Positions 50,367 through 58,260 of a stretch of DNA of 64,000 nt are shown one piece after another. The DNA lies in contig JBDHJS010000002.1 in assembly GCA_039586795.1 (NCBI GenBank), positions 1-64,000 on the forward strand, written 5' to 3'. The position numbers were made by a program, and so were the translations under genes. Each line of letters begins with the position of its first letter. The first letter of the stretch is position 1. The notes below the pieces were generated by a model. It saw nothing but the letters and a program-made list of their open reading frames with translations. It was not told where the DNA came from and ran no database searches. Origin of the DNA: Gemmatimonadota bacterium. Its GTDB lineage: Bacteria > Gemmatimonadota > Gemmatimonadetes > Palauibacterales > KS3-K002.

Positions 50367-50602
50367 TCGACAGCCGACAGCGGACAGCCGTCGCTCGACG
50401 GCCGAGGACTATTCGGCGATCGACGTACTACGCCCGATTTTCTTCAGTCGACGCCCTAACCGCCGGTCTTCCTAGTCAAACCACATCCACTCCCCGCCAG
50501 CCAGGGAACGTCGAATGACGACCGCAGGTCGTCGGTCGTCGGGCGTCGAATAGTCCTCGAACGTCGAGCGGCGAATTTCGGCTGTCGGCTGTCGGCTGTC
50601 GA
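50367..50602. repeat. Long imperfect inverted repeat (~52-59 bp arms) with terminal heptamer repeats, MITE/REP-like
   Basis: Left arm TCGACAGCCGACAGCGGACAGCCG..CGCTCGACG..CGAGGACTATTCG (50367-50418) is mirrored at 50544-50602. Confidence 0.75.
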
Positions 50603-50667
50603 AATAGACCGACCGCCGGCCGCCGCCATCGATGAATGTAGGACGTCGAACGTCGAAATGACCCCAC

Positions 50668-50700
50668 AAAAAAAGGGGCACCCAAAGGCGCCCCTTTTTA
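50668..50700 (-). terminator. Intrinsic terminator, best on the minus strand (possibly bidirectional)
   Basis: Minus strand GGGGCGCC-TTTG-GGTGCCCC-TTTTTTT; the G-U pair becomes an A-C mismatch on the plus strand. Confidence 0.85.
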
Positions 50701-50954
50701 CTGAGTCGAGCATTGTCGTTCAAGTACTGAATCGGTGCGCTGCCTAGCCGCTTGGCGGCTGAAGAGAAGAGGAAATGTCATAGACCCGATCAGCAGCGAT
50801 ACACCGGGTGCCAGCACTCTGGTAGCCAAAATCGAACTACTACGCTCTACTCAAGATCTATACCTTCACACCTGCTCCGAGAAGAAGGAACCCACGGTCC
50901 TCCTCTACCCACCCTCACAGGAGGAAATGCCGGATTACCATGTTCTCCCGGCTC
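50668..50954 (-). ncRNA. Candidate structured small RNA (~290 nt), family not recognised
   Basis: TAAACT -10-like box at 50960-50965, consecutive hairpins with G-U pairs favouring the minus strand, duplicated CAUUUCCUC, own terminator, no credible long ORF. Confidence 0.55.
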
Positions 50955-51037
50955 TCACTAGTTTAGATGCTGCCTGAGCCAGAATCGTTGCATCCTGCAG
51001 GTCAAGGCCGAATCCCGGCTCCATAGGAAAGACACCG

Positions 51038-52072
51038 GTGAAGCCAAAAACGTTAAACGTGCCGCCCCACTTCGATCCCCCGTCGGTAGGTAAGGTCTGG
51101 CGCGTCCGGTACGCCCAGCGGGCCGACGAGGCTGCCCTCTGGTCCCATCGCAACGATATTCGCGCCGCGGCGGAAGACTCGGCAACGATCTGCCTGGTCC
51201 TCGTCGACTGTCAAAACACCTTCTGCGTTCCCGATTTCGAACTCTTCGTCGGCGGTCGCTCAGGTCGCGGGGCGGTCGAGGACAACGTTCGGCTCTGCGA
51301 GTTCATTTACCGCAACCTCGGCGCCATCACGCTCATCGCGCCGACGATGGATACGCACACCGCGATCCAGATCTTTCACCCCGTGTTTTGGGTCGACGAA
51401 GCCGGGAATCACCCGCTCGGTGGTCAGACCGTGATCACGCAGGCGGATGTGGAGGAGGGTAAGTGGAGGGTGAACCCGGGGGTCGCGGCTGACGCCGCCG
51501 ACGGCGACCAGGAGTTCTTGAGCCGCTACGCGCTGCACTACGTCCGCACGCTCACCGAGGGCGGCAAGTACCCGCTCCTCGTTTGGCCCTATCATGCCAT
51601 GCTCGGCGGCATCGGTCACGCCCTTGTTTCCGCCGTGGAAGAAGCCGTCTTCTTTCACAGCATCGCTCGAAGAACCCAGCCCCGGTTCGAGCTCAAGGGA
51701 AGCATTCCGCTGACCGAGCACTACTCGGTGCTCCACCCTGAGGTAATGGAGACCCATGACGGCGTCTCGATTGGCGCCGTGAACACGAGCCTGATCGACA
51801 AGCTGCTCGAGTTCGATGCGGTGCTCATTTCCGGCCAGGCGAAGAGCCACTGCGTCGCCTGGACGGTTCACGATCTCTTGAGTGAAATTTACGACCGAGA
51901 CCCGGCGCTGGCCGAGAAGGTCTACCTGCTGGAGGATTGTACCTCACCCGTTGTCGTGCCGGGAATCATCGACTTCACGGAGCAAGCCGACCGCGCTTTT
52001 GAGGTCTTCAGGGATGCCGGAATGCATATCGTGCGTTCGACTGACCCGCTGGAGAATTGGCTGCGCGTGTAG
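51038..52072 (+). CDS. Isochorismatase/nicotinamidase-like cysteine hydrolase (long form)
   Basis: VDCQNTFC, DTH, WPYH, GQAKSHCV, LEDCTS motifs. Confidence 0.85.
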   Translation: MKPKTLNVPPHFDPPSVGKVWRVRYAQRADEAALWSHRNDIRAAAEDSATICLVLVDCQNTFCVPDFELFVGGRSGRGAVEDNVRLCEFIYRNLGAITLIAPTMDTHTAIQIFHPVFWVDEAGNHPLGGQTVITQADVEEGKWRVNPGVAADAADGDQEFLSRYALHYVRTLTEGGKYPLLVWPYHAMLGGIGHALVSAVEEAVFFHSIARRTQPRFELKGSIPLTEHYSVLHPEVMETHDGVSIGAVNTSLIDKLLEFDAVLISGQAKSHCVAWTVHDLLSEIYDRDPALAEKVYLLEDCTSPVVVPGIIDFTEQADRAFEVFRDAGMHIVRSTDPLENWLRV

Positions 52073-52078
52073 TGCGAA

Positions 52079-52780
52079 TCAACTGATCGTGACGGGAATC
52101 GGTTCGGTGATGGCTGCTTCTTCCAGCGTAACCTCACATCGATAACCCAAGAGTTGCACGCCGGAATCGGCGGCGAGCGAGAGCGCATCGGCGAACTTCG
52201 GATCTATCGAACGGGCGGCGGTCACGCTAACCGCATCGCGCCGCTGGACGACGAACAGCACGGCGGCCCAGTACCCGCGGGTCATGGCGCTGGCCAGCTC
52301 TTTGACGTGGCGTGCGCCCCTGGCCGTAACGGCGTCGGGAAAGAGGGCGCGGCTCCCCTCGACCAGGGTCACCGACTTCACCTCGAGCAGCAGTCGCTCG
52401 TCACCGCGAGCCAGCAGGAAGTCGAACCGACTTCGACCCCACGCGTGCTCCCTCTTCATCATCTCCCACTCGGCGAGCTCAGACAGACCGCCAGTTGCGA
52501 GTGCCTCGGCGACGAGCTCGTTCGGCAGGGTCGTTACGAGGGATACGAGTTCGCTCGAAGGAGCACGCACCAGAGCGAGGGTGAACCGAGTCTTTCGATG
52601 CGGACCCGACTCGGGTCTCACCCAGACTTGCGCCCCCGGTAGTAGGAGCTCCGTCAAGCGTCCAGGATCGGGCAGATGCGCCTCGACGTGCCGACCCTCG
52701 AGCTCGACGATAGTCAGAAACCGATTCGGCCTGGAGTGGAAGCTCGCCTGGAGAAGTGGTCCGGGGATTCGCACCTGCAC
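52079..52780 (-). CDS. sfsA: Sugar fermentation stimulation protein A (PD-(D/E)XK-fold nuclease-like)
   Basis: RPNRF, HLPDPGRL, SRFDF, EVKSVTL, FPDAVTARGARH. Confidence 0.93.
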   Translation of the reverse strand: MQVRIPGPLLQASFHSRPNRFLTIVELEGRHVEAHLPDPGRLTELLLPGAQVWVRPESGPHRKTRFTLALVRAPSSELVSLVTTLPNELVAEALATGGLSELAEWEMMKREHAWGRSRFDFLLARGDERLLLEVKSVTLVEGSRALFPDAVTARGARHVKELASAMTRGYWAAVLFVVQRRDAVSVTAARSIDPKFADALSLAADSGVQLLGYRCEVTLEEAAITEPIPVTIS

Positions 52781-52798
52781 GCGCGGAGGGTAGGACGA

Positions 52799-53917
52799 CT
52801 AGCCGCTCGATCGCGCCCGTTGATACTCCGCTTCTAGCGTCGAGACGAGCGCTTCGCGCTGATCGTAGAGGCGACGGTGCGGGCGCGGCGCATGCCGGCT
52901 CAGTGTGTACGCGGCCAGCATCGGCAGCCCGATACTGACATCCAGATAGCACACCACCGTGTCGGGCAGCGCTTCCGGATCGACCTTCCCCCAACTGACC
53001 GCCTCTGAAGGCGTGGCTCCAGAAAGGCCGCCCGTATCGGGGCGCGCATCGGTGACCTGGATGAAGTAGTCGTGACCTTCCTCCTCAATGCCCAGGACCT
53101 CCTGAATCTGCGGCTCGGTCTGCAACAGGAAGTTCTTGGGACTACCGCCGCCCATGATCACCACCGCGCTCTTACCACCTGATCGTTTAGCGCCGAGGAC
53201 GACCGCCGCCGTCTCGTTGACGTCTATCGCCGAATCGATGCGCAGCTCACCGCCGGTCAGCGCCATAGCCGCAACGTTCATCCCGATGCTCGAGTCGCCC
53301 GGGGAAGAGGTGTAGACGGGTACCCCGGCCTCGTAGCACGCGGCAAGCACTGACTTCCGCCCGAGCCCAAGCGCCTTCTCGCGCTCCAGCACGTACTTTC
53401 CGCACAGGTGATGAAACTCAGCCGTGCCCATCGTCCGCTGAAACTCCTCTGCCTCGAAGACTTGACGGAAGAAAGCGTCGGTGGAGAGGAGCACATCGTA
53501 GTCGAAGAAGACGTCGTAGATGCGGACAACGCCTTCCTCGCGCAGCTGCACATCGCTCACGTTCGGTCGGCCGCGGCGCATCTCCAGTCCTAGCCCGAAA
53601 TGGGCATCGTGGTAGAGGATCGCGCCCGTCGATACGATCCAATCCACGAAGCCCGCTTCGATCAGCGGGATCAGCGTCGACATCCCCAGCCCTGCCGGCG
53701 TGAGCGCGCCGCTCAAACTCATACCGACCGTTACATCGTCCGCGAGAATCCTGGTCGCGTAGAGCTGGCAGGCCTCCCGCAGCCGGCCGGCGTTGTAGGC
53801 GAGGAAGGCGCCATCGATCAGCTCGGCGATGTTCTCCGCACCGTTGATCGGCGCCGGGTCGATAGGGGCGCCGCTGAGATGGGGGCTTCGGCCAGGACTG
53901 TCGGGCATCGTTCTCAA
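52799..53917 (-). CDS. Deoxyhypusine synthase-like protein (probable homospermidine synthase)
   Basis: [38 protein letters not shown] with the catalytic Lys. Confidence 0.9.
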   Translation of the reverse strand: MRTMPDSPGRSPHLSGAPIDPAPINGAENIAELIDGAFLAYNAGRLREACQLYATRILADDVTVGMSLSGALTPAGLGMSTLIPLIEAGFVDWIVSTGAILYHDAHFGLGLEMRRGRPNVSDVQLREEGVVRIYDVFFDYDVLLSTDAFFRQVFEAEEFQRTMGTAEFHHLCGKYVLEREKALGLGRKSVLAACYEAGVPVYTSSPGDSSIGMNVAAMALTGGELRIDSAIDVNETAAVVLGAKRSGGKSAVVIMGGGSPKNFLLQTEPQIQEVLGIEEEGHDYFIQVTDARPDTGGLSGATPSEAVSWGKVDPEALPDTVVCYLDVSIGLPMLAAYTLSRHAPRPHRRLYDQREALVSTLEAEYQRARSSG

Positions 53918-54762
53918 GCGCTCTCGTTCATGCGATCGCGGTGCGCGTCGATGATGATTTGAGCCGCGACCTCGGGGGTGTCCGCGTATTGGATGATCTC
54001 CAGGTCTTCCGGCGCGATCTTGCCACCGTCCAGCATCGTTGCTTTCAGCCAGCGAATCAGACTCTTGTGGTAGCGCGTGTTGTAGATGACCAGGGGGAAG
54101 TTGTGAACCTTCCCAGTCTGGATCAGAGTCAGGGCTTCGAACAGTTCGTCCATCGTCCCATAGCCACCGGGGAATATGACAAACCCCTCCGAGTAGCGGA
54201 CGAACATGGTTTTGCGCACGAAGAAGTACCGGAAGGTCAAAGGCAAATCGACGTAACGGTTCATCGACTGCTCGAACGGAAGCTCGATGTTGAGTCCGAT
54301 CGAAAGCCCCTTCCCCTGCCGCGCGCCCTTGTTTCCCGCTTCCATGATCCCGGGACCCGCACCCGTCATCACCGCGAAGCCCGCCTCCGCCAAGAGGCGA
54401 CAGGTTCGCGTCGCCGCGATATAGTCGGGATTTGATTTCGGTGTCCGCGCCGACCCGAATATCGAGACCGCTGGCCCGACACGCGCCAGCGCGTCGAATC
54501 CATCCACGAACTCACCCATGATCCGAAACACACGCCACGGATCTTTCAGCGTGTCGTCCGGTAGTCGATCGAACGCCTCTGCCAGGCGCTCGGCTTCCGG
54601 TCGCTCGGCTCGTTCCGCGAGCTCTGGCTTGCCTATCGTCCGCGTGAATAGCCGTTCATCTTCCGTGTACTCGGCAGTCTTCCGCCGATCGATGTGCCGC
54701 CGCTCGGCGGGTTTCTTTCGACGCTTTCCCCGGACTCCCGTCCTCCGCTTCTCCATCGTCAA
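53914..54762 (-). CDS. LOG family (TIGR00730) Rossmann-fold nucleotide phosphoribohydrolase
   Basis: [36 protein letters not shown]. Confidence 0.92.
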   Translation of the reverse strand: MTMEKRRTGVRGKRRKKPAERRHIDRRKTAEYTEDERLFTRTIGKPELAERAERPEAERLAEAFDRLPDDTLKDPWRVFRIMGEFVDGFDALARVGPAVSIFGSARTPKSNPDYIAATRTCRLLAEAGFAVMTGAGPGIMEAGNKGARQGKGLSIGLNIELPFEQSMNRYVDLPLTFRYFFVRKTMFVRYSEGFVIFPGGYGTMDELFEALTLIQTGKVHNFPLVIYNTRYHKSLIRWLKATMLDGGKIAPEDLEIIQYADTPEVAAQIIIDAHRDRMNESA

Positions 54763-54890
54763 CTGCTCCCTTCACACCACGGCGTTTCTCGATGCGGGCC
54801 TTCCTCACTCCACAACTTTTCACCGGAGCCGGGTCCGCGCCAGTGTGCCAAAGCGGCAGGTCACTGCGCCTGCGATCGCCTGGCCCGGAA

Positions 54891-54933
54891 GGTGGAAACA
54901 TTTGTGGAAAAGCCCGTAACACATTGTGAATAA
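54891..54933. promoter_or_regulatory. Cluster of DnaA boxes
   Basis: TGTGGAAAA (54903-54911) and TGTGAATAA (54925-54933) match TTWTNCACA on the minus strand; a degenerate GGTGGAAAC at 54891 has the same orientation. Confidence 0.55.
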
Positions 54934-55028
54934 ATGGGATAGGGCGGGGAGAAAAAGTAGTGCAAGAAGAAGGGCGGCGCTGGTCCGCACCGCCCTTCCC
55001 TGTGACTCGACTCGCCGGATCGGACCGT

Positions 55029-55499
55029 TCAGTTCCCCGGCGCCGGCTTCACGACGTGGGGCTTCGCTACATCGGCGGGCGTGTCGGGCGCTTTCACCGT
55101 TCGCGCGCCGGGCTCCTCCATGTGGACCTGGCCGTTGAAGCGGGCACCCTCGTCGAGCTGAACGCGACGACTGCGGATCTCGCCCTGAATATCACAAGTG
55201 GACTGAAGCTCGAGACGGCTTTCCGCGGAGATGTTGCCGTTTACGCGACCGCTGATCACCGCGTCTTGAGTGATCACGTCGCCGACGACTTCGCCGCTAC
55301 GACCCACGACGACGGACTTGCCGGCGCGGATGGTGCCTTCGACTCGGCCCTCCACACGAACGGTGCCTTCGGTCTCGCAGTCGCCCACGATATTCATACC
55401 GGGCGCGATCAGAGAGATCGCAGAATCATCGGGCTGCGTAATCGGTTTGCTCATGGGTGCTTGGTTCTCCTCCGGTGGTTTCTTGCCTCTTCCAATCAT
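55029..55499 (-). CDS. Bactofilin (polymer-forming cytoskeletal protein)
   Basis: SLIAPGMNIVGD..VEGRVEG..GRSGEVVGD..EGARFNG beta-helix. Confidence 0.93.
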   Translation of the reverse strand: MIGRGKKPPEENQAPMSKPITQPDDSAISLIAPGMNIVGDCETEGTVRVEGRVEGTIRAGKSVVVGRSGEVVGDVITQDAVISGRVNGNISAESRLELQSTCDIQGEIRSRRVQLDEGARFNGQVHMEEPGARTVKAPDTPADVAKPHVVKPAPGN

Positions 55500-55508
55500 C
55501 TGCCTAGC

Positions 55509-56294
55509 TCAAGATCCAGATCTCTGCTGGACCAATGTAAAAGGATCGATGGGCATCATATCCTGCAGGATCTCAAAGTGCAGGTGTGGAGCCGTAGAGC
55601 GCCCGGTGTTCCCCGAAAGCGCGATGACTTCGTTTTGCAGAACCTCGTCTCCCGGTTCAACGAAGAGGCGCGACGCATGTCCATACATCGTTTGATAGCC
55701 AGAGTTCCCGTGCTCGATCAGAACGTAGAGCCCATACACCGAGTCAGCGCCAGCCTCCAACACGACACCGGCGCCGCTGGCACGTATGTACGAGCCCTGG
55801 GCAACGGCTATGTCGATGCCCGGGTGAGTTCCGTCCTGGGCCTGCTCTAGGACCTGGGTCACGAAGCCACCCGTCGCCAGCGGCCAGATGGTCGGGATTT
55901 CTGGCGACAGCCCTGACGGCGCCGTTTCGTCCTCTGCCGCGGGCTCGTCCCCGGGAAGCATCTCCGGCGCCGCGGCCTGCGCGAGGATATCGGCGCCCAG
56001 CATACTGCGGATCTTCTGATATTCGGTCTGCAGCAAGTCGACTGTCTGGGCCAGCTCCGTGACCCGAGCGTTGTCGGCCTCGAGCTCGGCGATCTGCTGC
56101 TCAAGACCCGGCACTCGCGCCGTCTGCGCGGCAAAGAACCACCAACTCCCGAGCAGCAGCGCCAGGCCCAGCGACCCAGCCGCAGCAAGTGCGCCACCAA
56201 TGCGCAACAACCGACTCGTCAGCTTCAGACTGCGCGTCCGCTGCGTGTCGCTGGGTACGAGGACGACTGTGTAGTTGGCTTCGTTGTCGCTCAT
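55509..56294 (-). CDS. M23 family peptidoglycan endopeptidase with TM and coiled coil
   Basis: HPGID, YGH, GRSTAPHLHFE. Confidence 0.92.
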   Translation of the reverse strand: MSDNEANYTVVLVPSDTQRTRSLKLTSRLLRIGGALAAAGSLGLALLLGSWWFFAAQTARVPGLEQQIAELEADNARVTELAQTVDLLQTEYQKIRSMLGADILAQAAAPEMLPGDEPAAEDETAPSGLSPEIPTIWPLATGGFVTQVLEQAQDGTHPGIDIAVAQGSYIRASGAGVVLEAGADSVYGLYVLIEHGNSGYQTMYGHASRLFVEPGDEVLQNEVIALSGNTGRSTAPHLHFEILQDMMPIDPFTLVQQRSGS

Positions 56295-56301
56295 ACTCGA
56301 A

Positions 56302-57201
56302 CTAGATGATGCCGCCGACGCCGACTATGGCCTCGACGACGCGCTCGAAATCCTGAGTATCACGGAACGGAATCTCGATTCGGCCCCTCTCGCCACCATC
56401 GAGGCGGACCCTGACGCTGGTGCCCAGGGCCCGAGAGAGCGCCTGCTCGGCCTTTGCCACGTAAGCCGCCGACTTCTGCTGAGGCTGCTTCTTCTTCGAC
56501 GCCGCGTCCTTCTTGGAAGCCCTTCGCTCTCTGACCCGCTCCTCTACCTGGCGAACGCTCAGCCCTTTGTCGGCTGCGGCCGTCGCCAACTGGACCACCC
56601 GCTTCTCGTCGCTGAGCCCGAGCAGCGCCCGAGCGTGCCCCGCCGAGATCCGGCCCCGAGCCAACAACTCCCTGACGGCCTCAGGGAGAGCCAGCAGCCG
56701 GATCGTGTTGGTCACCGTGGATCGGTCCCGACCCACCCGCTCGGCAACCTGCGCTTGCGTCAAGCCGAACTCGTTGACCAACCGGCTGTAGGCATGCGCC
56801 TCGTCCAGCGGGCTCAGGTCCTCGCGCTGTAGGTTCTCGATGAGGGCCAAGACCAGCATCGTGCGATCGTCGACGTCGCGAACGACCACGGGAACGTGCG
56901 TCCAACCCAGCTCCTGCACCGCTCGATAGCGCCGTTCCCCGGCGACTACCTGCCAGGACCCATCTTCCGTGCCGCGCACCACGACGGGTTGGAGTAGGCC
57001 GTTCTCCTTGATGGACGCGGCCAACTCCTCGAGGTTCTCCTCGTCCATAGCCTGGCGCGGCTGGAACGGGTTCGGTTTCAGCTCCGACAGGGCGAGCTGA
57101 TCCGCTTCACCGACGGCGACCTTCTCCTCCGAGACGTAGTCGCCGAGAAGGGCGCTGAGCCCTTTACCGAGTCGCTTCTGCTGTTTTTTGGCCACGTCCA
57201 T
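56302..57201 (-). CDS. parB: Chromosome partitioning protein ParB
   Basis: LGKGLSALL, PNPFQPR, AGERRYRA, ENLQREDL, HTH, GHARALL. Confidence 0.96.
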   Translation of the reverse strand: MDVAKKQQKRLGKGLSALLGDYVSEEKVAVGEADQLALSELKPNPFQPRQAMDEENLEELAASIKENGLLQPVVVRGTEDGSWQVVAGERRYRAVQELGWTHVPVVVRDVDDRTMLVLALIENLQREDLSPLDEAHAYSRLVNEFGLTQAQVAERVGRDRSTVTNTIRLLALPEAVRELLARGRISAGHARALLGLSDEKRVVQLATAAADKGLSVRQVEERVRERRASKKDAASKKKQPQQKSAAYVAKAEQALSRALGTSVRVRLDGGERGRIEIPFRDTQDFERVVEAIVGVGGII

Positions 57202-57961
57202 TCCTGCTCATAAGTTCTTGTGCCAACGCAAGATAGCTCGATGCGCCCGAAGATGTCACATCGTAGACGACGATCGGCACGCCAAAGCTGGGGGCTTCTG
57301 CCAGCCGGATATTCCTCGGGATGAACGTTTGGAAGACCTTGGGCCCGAAGTAGTCCCGGGCTTCGCCCGCAACCTGCCGCGAAAGGTTCAGCCGCTCATC
57401 AAACATCGTTAGGAGGACGCCCTCGATCTGCAGACCCGGGTTCAGACTGCGCTGAACCAACCGCACGGTGTTCAACAACTGGGTGAGCCCCTCCAGGGCG
57501 TAGTACTCGCATTGGATCGGGATTAGCACGGTGTCCGCGGCCGCCAGCGTGTTGACGGTGAGCAGCCCCAGAGAAGGAGGCGAGTCGATGATGATGTAGT
57601 CGTACCGATCCTTCACATAACGGAGCGCCTCTCGCAGCAGCGTCTCCCGCCCCTCCCGGTTCGTCATCGCCACTTCCGCGCCTAAGAGGTCACGGCTCGA
57701 GGGCAGCAGATCGAGTTGCGGGAAGTGGACGTTATGCAGGATGACGTGATCCGCCCGCTTCTCCTCCAGCAAGGTATCGTAGATAGAAGCCGGCAGCTCA
57801 TCGCGGTCGATTCCCAGGCCGCTCGTCGCGTTCCCCTGGGGATCAGCATCGATGACGAGGGTCGGCCGCTCCGCCACGGCGAGGCAGGCACCGAGGTTGA
57901 TGGCGGTCGTAGTCTTCCCGACGCCGCCCTTCTGATTGGCAATAGCTATGATCTTCGACAT
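57164..57961 (-). CDS. parA: Chromosome partitioning ATPase ParA/Soj
   Basis: NQKGGVGKTT, DPQGNA, DSPPSLG, QCEYYALEG, LAEAPSFG. Confidence 0.96.
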   Translation of the reverse strand: MSKIIAIANQKGGVGKTTTAINLGACLAVAERPTLVIDADPQGNATSGLGIDRDELPASIYDTLLEEKRADHVILHNVHFPQLDLLPSSRDLLGAEVAMTNREGRETLLREALRYVKDRYDYIIIDSPPSLGLLTVNTLAAADTVLIPIQCEYYALEGLTQLLNTVRLVQRSLNPGLQIEGVLLTMFDERLNLSRQVAGEARDYFGPKVFQTFIPRNIRLAEAPSFGVPIVVYDVTSSGASSYLALAQELMSRNGRGQKTAEATR

Positions 57962-58055
57962 AAGAACGTGGGCCCGAACAGGAGCGGTGGTGACGGGGGT
58001 GGGCTCAGTTCTGGCGAATAATACCCGGGTTGGGCGTCAAGAGAAAGGGTTGGGA

Positions 58056-58071
58056 TGTTTCACGTGAAACA
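58056..58071. promoter_or_regulatory. parS: parS centromere site
   Basis: Perfect TGTTTCACGTGAAACA, extending to a 20-bp palindrome at 58054-58073. Confidence 0.95.
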
Positions 58072-58148
58072 TCTGTTCCCGAAGCTCCCCTTCTAGCGCG
58101 CACGCTTTTTCCATCAAAGCGAGGCCTACTATCAAGAAAGGCGTGGCA

Positions 58149-58236
58149 TTCAGGGGTTCGGTGGTTACGAGATTCGGCAGTTGACGACACTCAATCGCCA
58201 AAGCCCCGACTCTCGTAATTCCCGAACCACCGAATC
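58149..58236. repeat. Inverted octamer-repeat element (GATTCGGG/GATTACGAGA family)
   Basis: ggggttcggtggttacgagattcgg ... ccccgactctcgtaattcccgaaccaccgaatc; related copies at 13527-13555 and 34209-34237. Confidence 0.65.
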
Positions 58237-58260
58237 TTGTACCCAACCCCAAGCCACACA

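Noticed and set aside
50750..50935. Plus-strand GAGGAAATGTC / GAGGAAATGCC resembling the RNase P RNA motif GAGGAAAGUCC
   Set aside because: The match is imperfect, the other RNase P conserved blocks are missing, and the G-U pairing and terminator favour the minus strand.
50858..50941. In-frame TGA in the short minus-strand ORF read as selenocysteine
   Set aside because: No redox motif or recognisable SECIS, and read-through gives only a ~27-aa peptide.
50735..50977. 80-aa and 69-aa plus-strand ORFs in the intergenic region
   Set aside because: No SD-supported start, no family motif and atypical composition; the region is better explained as a minus-strand RNA.
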